Source: Phyllobates terribilis
Lineage: Eukaryota
Reading direction: 5' to 3'
DNA length: 64,000 nucleotides
Assembly (NCBI RefSeq): GCF_046119375.1
Contig: NW_027362774.1
Span: forward strand, 27,838,001 to 27,902,000
Under the pieces are notes generated by a model. The model was not told the DNA's origin, searched no databases, and saw only the letters and a program-made list of their open reading frames with translations. Made by a program: the position numbers and the translations under genes. Shown here in pieces: positions 58,501-64,000 of the stretch. Within the stretch, counting starts at the first letter, position 1. Each line of letters opens with the position of its first letter.

Positions 58501-61500
58501 GATGCACAGGACCCCCCTCTATTAACATGAGAGAGTACTTACATGGTGTGTGACTGGTGAAAAACACAAAGGAGACCCCCGGCCTCAGCGCCCACTTGTT
58601 GGCGTCACTTCCAGGGACCAGCACACAATCCCGGCTCCCCGACAGCGCTAAGGAAAGCTGGTGGAGGAGATACCTGACCGAGACAAGAAGGCAGAGCCAT
58701 TATCACAGTCAAGTGTCCGCTCTGTAAGACCCGGCGCGTTTTGGGTGGACGCTGATTTTATACTCGACTCAAGTCACAGATACAGTGGGGAAAATAAGTA
58801 TTTGATACACTGCCAATTTTGTATGTTTTCCCACCTACAAACAATGGAGAGATCTGTAATTTTTATCGTAGGTCACTTCACCTGTGAGAGACAGAATCTA
58901 AAAAAAATCCAGAAAATCACATTGTATGATTTTTACATAATTAAATTGCATTTTATTGCATGAAATAAGTATTTGATCACCGACCAACCAGTAAGAATTC
59001 TGGCTCTCGCAGACCTGTTAGTTTTCTTTAAGAAGCCCTCCTACTCTGCACTCATTACCTGTATTAATTGCACCTGTTTGAACTCGTTACCTGTATAAAA
59101 GACACATGTCCACACAATCAATCACACTCCAACCTCTCCACCATGGCCAAGACCAAAGAGCTGTCTAAGGACACCAGGGACAAAATTGTAGACCTGCACA
59201 AGGCTGGGATGGGCTACAGGACAATGGGCAAGGAGTTTGTTGAGAAGGCAACAATTGTTGGCACAATTATTAGAAAATGGAAGAAACACATGATGACTGT
59301 CAATCTTCCTCGGTCTGGGGCTCCTTAACAATAATAATTTCTATTTTTATAGCGCCAATATATTCCGCAGCACTTTACAATTTTAGGGGGGGGGCTCAAT
59401 GCAAGATCTCGCCTCGTGGGGTAAAGATCATTCTGAGAAAGGTCAGGAATCAGTCCAGAACTACACGGGCAGACCTGGTCAATGACCTGAAATGAGTCGG
59501 GACCACAGTCTCAAACATTACAGTTAGTAACACACTACGCCGTCATGGATTAAAATCCCGAAGGGCACGCAAGGACCCCTGCTCACACCAGCACATGTCC
59601 AGGCCCGTTTGAAGTTCGTCAATGACCAGGCGTGGGGCATGGAAGAAGGTCATGTGGTCAGATGAGACCAAGATAGGACTTTTTAGTATCAACTCCACTC
59701 GCTGTGTTTGGAGGAAGAAGAAGGATGAGTACAACCACGAAAACACCCTCCCAACCGTGAAGCATGGTGGTGGAAACATCATACTTTGGGGATGCTTTTC
59801 TGCAAAGGGGACAGGACGACTGCACCATATTGAAGGGAGGATGGATGGGGTCATGTATCATGAGATTTTGGCCAACAACCTCCTTCCCTCAGTAAGAGCA
59901 TTGAAGATGGGTCATGGTTGGGTCTTCCAGCATGACAATGACCAGAAACACACAGCCAGGGCAACTAAGGAGTGGCTCCATAAGAAGCATTTCAAGGTCC
60001 TGAAGTGGCCTAGCCAGTCTCCAGACCTGAACCCAATAGAAAATCTTTGGAGGGAGCTGAAACTCAATGTTGCCCAGCGACCGCCCTGAAACCCGAAAGA
60101 TCTGGGAAGATCTGTATGGAGGAGGGGGCCAAAATCCCTGCTGCAGTGTGTGCAAACCTGGTCAAGAACTACAGGAAACGTCTGACCTCTGTAATTGCAA
60201 ACAAAGGTTTCTGTGCCAAATATTAAGTTCTGTTTTTCTATTGTATCAAATACCGTACTTATTTCATTAAATAAAATGCAAATTAATTATGTAAAAATCA
60301 TACAATGTGATTTTCTGGATTTTATTTTTAGATTCTGTCTCTCACCGGTGAAGTGACCTACGATAAAAATTACAGACCTCTCCATTCTTTGTAGGTGGGA
60401 AAATTTGTGAAATTTGCAGAGTATCAAATACTTATTTTCCCCACTGTATATCACTGAAAATGGAGTCCAGATTGCGTGCGATATTGCAGCTCATTCCTAC
60501 TTATTACAATGGCGCTGAGCTGTAACACCAGATCCCATGCACAGAAGTAGTCATGTTTTTCTAATCCTCTACGAACCCTTGTGCCTCTCATTTTTGCATC
60601 GGGCATTAAGTAATGCTTCTGCCCCCCGGGACGGGAGGAAACCTCTGGACGCCGGGCATTAAAAAAAAGTTTGTCAACTTTCTATAAACTTAAAAACTCG
60701 CTCCAGATTGATTCCTTGAGGATTCCGGTACAACCAGGCCTCCTGTGATCACATCTGACTGCTGCAGCTAATCGCTGGGATAAAACCTCATCACAGGAAG
60801 CAGAGAAGTACCAGACCGGCAAGGGACCAGTCATGGGGCGAGTATAATTTTATTTTATGTGCAGCAGAAAATCAGCAGTAAAGTCCAGACCAACATCTGA
60901 AAGATTAAGTGCAGATTTGCTGCTGTGGATTAAGTACGGAAACTTTCCATAGTGGACATAAGAAAAAGAAAAAAAGTTTCGTGCTTGAGCCCATGCCTAA
61001 CGAGCATTCATACAAAATCAGCGAACGTTACCTCTGAAAACTCCTCTTTGCAATTATCTCCGCATGACTGTCCTGGAGAACATCACCTGGGCAGGAAAAT
61101 AATGGAGTGGGTAATGACAGGGCTCTTGTATCCGCCCCCGTATACAGTACAATACATTGAAATAAGATGCGCCGACATCCGCTTAATCATATTAAATTAC
61201 ATGTATATTTGACCCATTTCACTGTTTCTTTAACGACAAGAAGACGAGTTAACTCCCGTCATACCGGCCATAATGGATGACAACTCATTCTCGTCCAGCT
61301 CTCTATGCAAAAGTGAAAAAAAAAAGTTGAGTTGAGCAATTTCACCTATATCCTTAACCCCTTCACCCCCAGCCTGTTTTCACCTTCCTGACCAGGCTAA
61401 AATTTTACAATTATGACCACTGTCACTTTATGAGGTAATTACTCTGGAACGCTTCAACGGATCCCCCTGATTCTGAGATAGTTTTTTCGTGACATATTGT

Positions 61501-63116
61501 ACTTCATGATTGTGGTAAAATTTGTTCGATAACGGAATAATGGAAATTTAGCAAAAATTTTGAAAATTTTGCAATTTTCAAACTTTTAAGTCCTTAAACC
61601 AAAGAGTTATGTCACACAAATAGTTAATAAATAACATTTCCCACATGTCTACTTTACATCAGCACAATTTTTGAAACATATTTTTTTATAAGGGTTAAAA
61701 GTTGACCAGCGATTTCTCATTTTTCCAACAAAATTTACAAAACTATTTGTTTTAGGGACCACATCATATTAAAGGGGCTTTGAGGGGCCTGTACGACAGA
61801 AAATACCCAAAAGTGACACGATTCTAAAAACTGCACCCCTCAAGGTGCTGGATTGTATGTACTCACCAGTCTTCCGTAATTTTGATTGCCCAATACATTT
61901 TGTCCCAGTTCCCATAGCAACAACTGTGAAATAAACGGAAAGAAAATAAAGTATAAGACGATCGCATCTTAGATCACTGGAAATGGAAGCGTTACACCGC
62001 CTGGTGGACAGAGAGAGAACTACACAGGCAGGATTGGAAATGTAAGCATTACACCGCCTGGTGGACAGAGAGAGAACTACACAGGCAGGATTGGAAATGT
62101 AAGCATTACACCGCCTGGTGGACAGAGAGAGAACTACACAGGCAGGATTGGAAATGGAAGCGTTACACCACCTGGTGGACAGAGAGAGAACTACACAGGC
62201 AGGTCTCGCAATGCGGGAACCACCATCACCTTTTTTGGTGCCGGGCACAGACTCCACCTGTATCACTGCCGCCATCAGGGTCCATTCCTTGCCGGTGTCC
62301 GGTTGGCCTCGCTTAGGGAGCTCGGTGCGGTAATGATCATAACACAACGCAGCGATCTCATCTGCAGCCTCCGACCTGTAACCAGAGAAAAGATCCCATA
62401 ATGAGCCACCAGATACAAGTAATGCAGCCAGTCCTGGCTCAGGCTGGGACTACATGGCGAATGCGGCATGTCAGGACGCTTCGTGACCCGCAAGGTACAC
62501 GGCAAGCAAGTGGCAAAGTCAGAACCAGCCGGATTGCTGGCGACTTGATTGCTGTGCACTTGCGGGTCGCAAAGCGATCACAAGGCATTCGCTTGAACTA
62601 AAGGGATCGTCTGCTGCCACTCACTACACAGGTCGTGACCCATTATGGACAATCCCTTTAATTCAGATGAATGTCATGTGATCCATTGGCTACGAGGTGG
62701 GCAGGACTGGGGGGAGGGGTGGATCCTGCCCCACATTTGAGATAAAAGCCTATAGACAAGCGCATTGCCCTGTTTCCAGCACTATTTCGGCTGTTATTAC
62801 AAGCACAATATGCAACAATCACTACAAATATCAATACGAACATTTCCATTGGGAAATAATGGCGGCTTTATTGCCATGGAGACTGATCGGTCGCCCCCTG
62901 TTGGTCCTGGGCACCGCTAGGCCCTTTGGGAGCTGCTCCACACCACACCGGCTGCTTTACCCCGCCATTACTGATGACGTCACCACACGCGACGTCGAGT
63001 CCGGAGGCTATAAAAGCGCCGAGGCCACTGCTGCACTGTGCACACTGCGCTGTTGTGAACAGACCGGGCTCCGCGTCTTGTTCCTTTTTTTCCATCAGGT
63101 GTTGTACTCACCTCAT
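52405..63116 (-). CDS. ADAT1: tRNA-specific adenosine deaminase 1 (A37 of tRNA-Ala), 10 coding exons, 441 aa
   Basis: join(complement) 63112-63116, 62230-62375, 61867-61923, 61032-61086, 58543-58673, 57947-58424, 57721-57860, 57371-57470, 57180-57266, 52405-52531 = 1326 nt, phases consistent, all GT-AG. Zn-deaminase motifs DSHAE, HTPC and MSCSDK present; N-term [17 protein letters not shown] and C-term YKEAA..YQEAW..W match ADAT1 as recalled. Confidence 0.94.
52575..54168 (+). mobile_element. Tc1/mariner DD37E (TRT-like) transposon, decayed, left TIR truncated, in the last ADAT1 intron
   Basis: Transposase from ATG 52833 (MGKKKDA) to 53828 with a TGA at the conserved W (53619-53621) and a short in-frame deletion; FTDE...HDNAPSH...DLNPIE 37-residue spacing; right end ...aataatttggaacacagtg|TA. 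Confidence 0.9.
56070..57045. repeat. 39/43-bp CpG-rich minisatellite in the last ADAT1 intron
   Basis: Unit gtcagagtgtggacagcgatgtcgtcagaggac(gggccgagac|aggcaga). Confidence 0.95.
57180..57266 (-). CDS. ADAT1: ADAT1 coding exon 9
   Basis: tccag|(R)[12 protein letters not shown]...PATL-AG|gtaaag. Confidence 0.93.
57371..57470 (-). CDS. ADAT1: ADAT1 coding exon 8
   Basis: cacag|(A)[34 protein letters not shown]|gtagcg. Confidence 0.94.
57721..57860 (-). CDS. ADAT1: ADAT1 coding exon 7
   Basis: ttcag|(R)[11 protein letters not shown]...PCGA-G|gtgagt. Confidence 0.94.
57947..58424 (-). CDS. ADAT1: ADAT1 coding exon 6
   Basis: tag|(C)GDASIIPM...RTGAKCV...LRVKPGRG...[21 protein letters not shown]...ERALHS-AG|gtactc. 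Confidence 0.95.
58543..58673 (-). CDS. ADAT1: ADAT1 coding exon 5
   Basis: tcag|(R)YLLHQL...[10 protein letters not shown]|gtaagt. Confidence 0.95.
58783..60446 (+). mobile_element. Tc1 DD34E transposon (IR/DR type), full length, decayed, in ADAT1 intron 4
   Basis: TA|CAGTGGGGAAAATAAGTATTTGATAC...GTATCAAATACTTATTTTCCCCACTG|TA; inner direct repeat aaataagtatttgat; transposase 59143-60226 with stops/frameshifts; WSDE...HDND...DLNPIE 34-residue spacing. Confidence 0.94.
59326..59398 (-). mobile_element. ~70-bp LINE/SINE 3' tail (L2/CR1-like) inserted into the Tc1 transposase
   Basis: Reverse complement attgtaaagtgctgcggaatatattggcgctataaaaatagaaattattatt; flanked by duplicated ggggctc; similar tail at ~39195-39235. 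Confidence 0.65.
61032..61086 (-). CDS. ADAT1: ADAT1 coding exon 4 (HAE motif)
   Basis: cccag|(G)[19 protein letters not shown]|gtaacg. Confidence 0.95.
61358..61850. mobile_element. Truncated piggyBac-type MITE in ADAT1 intron 3
   Basis: TTAA|CCCCTTCACCCCC start; other end absent before the exon-3 donor. Confidence 0.6.
61867..61923 (-). CDS. ADAT1: ADAT1 coding exon 3
   Basis: cacag|(V)[19 protein letters not shown]|gtgagt. Confidence 0.95.
61979..62203. repeat. 57-bp tandem repeat x4 in ADAT1 intron 2
   Basis: Unit ggaaatg(g/t)aagc(g/a)ttacaccgcctggtggacagagagagaactacacaggcaggatt. Confidence 0.95.
62230..62375 (-). CDS. ADAT1: ADAT1 coding exon 2
   Basis: tacag|...[40 protein letters not shown]...TKK-G|gtgatg. 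Confidence 0.88.
63112..63116 (-). CDS. ADAT1: ADAT1 first coding exon (ATGAG only)
   Basis: aagtATGAG|gtgagt joins in frame to the next exon giving [10 protein letters not shown]; start inferred. Confidence 0.65.
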
Positions 63117-63119
63117 ACT

Positions 63120-63430
63120 TAGCGCCAGAGCGGAATGTGGACGTCACGCGTGAGGGATTCTGGAAGTTGTAGTCCCTTCACATTGGTTGATTTCGTTAGA
63201 CATACGCCGATGTTACGTGCAGGACTACAATACCCAGAATCCCTCACACCGTGTACTGGTGAGATAGAGACTGAGAGCCAATAGGGAGTCACAGACTGGT
63301 GATGAATGCGGAGCAGGAAAATACATTATTTATGTCATTATATACCTGAATACCGGGGAGGAGAGGGAAGCACTCCAACAATGGAGCAATGCAGAGCTCG
63401 GGTGATTGCAGAACTACAACTCCCAGGCTG
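63120..63430 (-). promoter_or_regulatory. Probable ADAT1 promoter: three ACTACA..CCCAG (ZNF143/THAP11-type) motifs, CCAAT boxes, CRE-like site
   Basis: 63158-63176 (minus), 63222-63240, 63412-63427; ATTGG 63182-63186, CCAAT 63278-63282; GACGTCAC near 63140. Confidence 0.65.
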
Positions 63431-63549
63431 CCCTGATAACTGCAGGCTGCAGCACATGAGGTTACTCACATTAATCTATAGGAGAAACTAGATCCTAAAT
63501 CTTTTCTGCTGCCAATGAAAGCTGGAGATTAAAGGCTTCACCCCAAAGT

Positions 63550-64000
63550 AAACAGGCTGATGGCCCCATCCCCAAGTAATCAGCTGACGGCCCCACCCCC
63601 GAGTAATCAGGCTGATGGCCCCATCCCCGAGTAATAAGGCTGATGGCCCCACCCCCGAGTAATCAGGCTGATGACCCCAACCCCGAGTAATCAGGCTGAT
63701 GGCCCCATCCCCGAGTAATAAGGCTGATGGCCCCACCCCCGAGTAATCAGGCTGATGACCCCAACCCCGAGTAATAAGGCTGATGGCCCCACCCCCGAGT
63801 AATCAGGCTGATTGCCCCACCCCCGAGTAATCAGGCTGATGGCCCCACCCCCGAGTAATCAGGCTGATGGCCCCATCCCCAAGTAATCAGCTGACGGCCC
63901 CACCCCCGAGTAATCAGGCTGATGGCCCCATCCCCGAGTAATCAGGATGACGGCTCCCATCCCAGAGTAATCAGGCTGATGGCCCCACCCCCGAGTAATC
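63550..64000. repeat. 29-bp minisatellite running off the window end
   Basis: Unit ccccgagtaatcaggctgatggccccacc. Confidence 0.95.

Noticed and set aside
62868-63095. [12 protein letters not shown]... as ADAT1 N-terminus
   Set aside because: Starts inside intron 1, just after the consensus donor at 63111, and has no ADAT1 similarity.
1-64000. tRNA, rRNA or snoRNA genes and prokaryotic defence-type systems
   Set aside because: No cloverleaf, rRNA or convincing C/D or H/ACA pattern seen by eye; recombinase, methyltransferase-like and GIY-YIG domains are all accounted for by eukaryotic retroelements.

Overview
Eukaryotic (vertebrate, most likely anuran/frog judging by the transposon repertoire; inference) genomic DNA, not prokaryotic. 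It holds three complete spliced genes reconstructed exon by exon, in the order and orientation recalled for human 16q23: TMEM231 (-, 7 coding exons, 312 aa, with an AT-AC U12-type last intron), GABARAPL2 (+, 4 exons, 117 aa) and ADAT1 (-, 10 coding exons, 441 aa). The rest is mostly repeats: a structurally complete DIRS1-like tyrosine-recombinase retrotransposon, four Tc1-type DNA transposons with three different catalytic spacings (DD37E x2, DD38E, DD34E), a 5'-truncated L1, a Penelope-like element with a candidate hammerhead, several MITE/foldback elements and many minisatellites that generate the long low-complexity ORFs. Most notable: (1) a tandem segmental duplication whose two copies carry unrelated transposons inserted about 5 bp apart at the same site, (2) palindromic elements carrying symmetric outward-facing splice cassettes, (3) an in-frame stop-free repeat intron and a ~200-bp 3'-flank hairpin in ADAT1, (4) a U12 intron filled with repeated U2 donor motifs. 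All coordinates were counted by hand; repeat boundaries are approximate and no database search was run.
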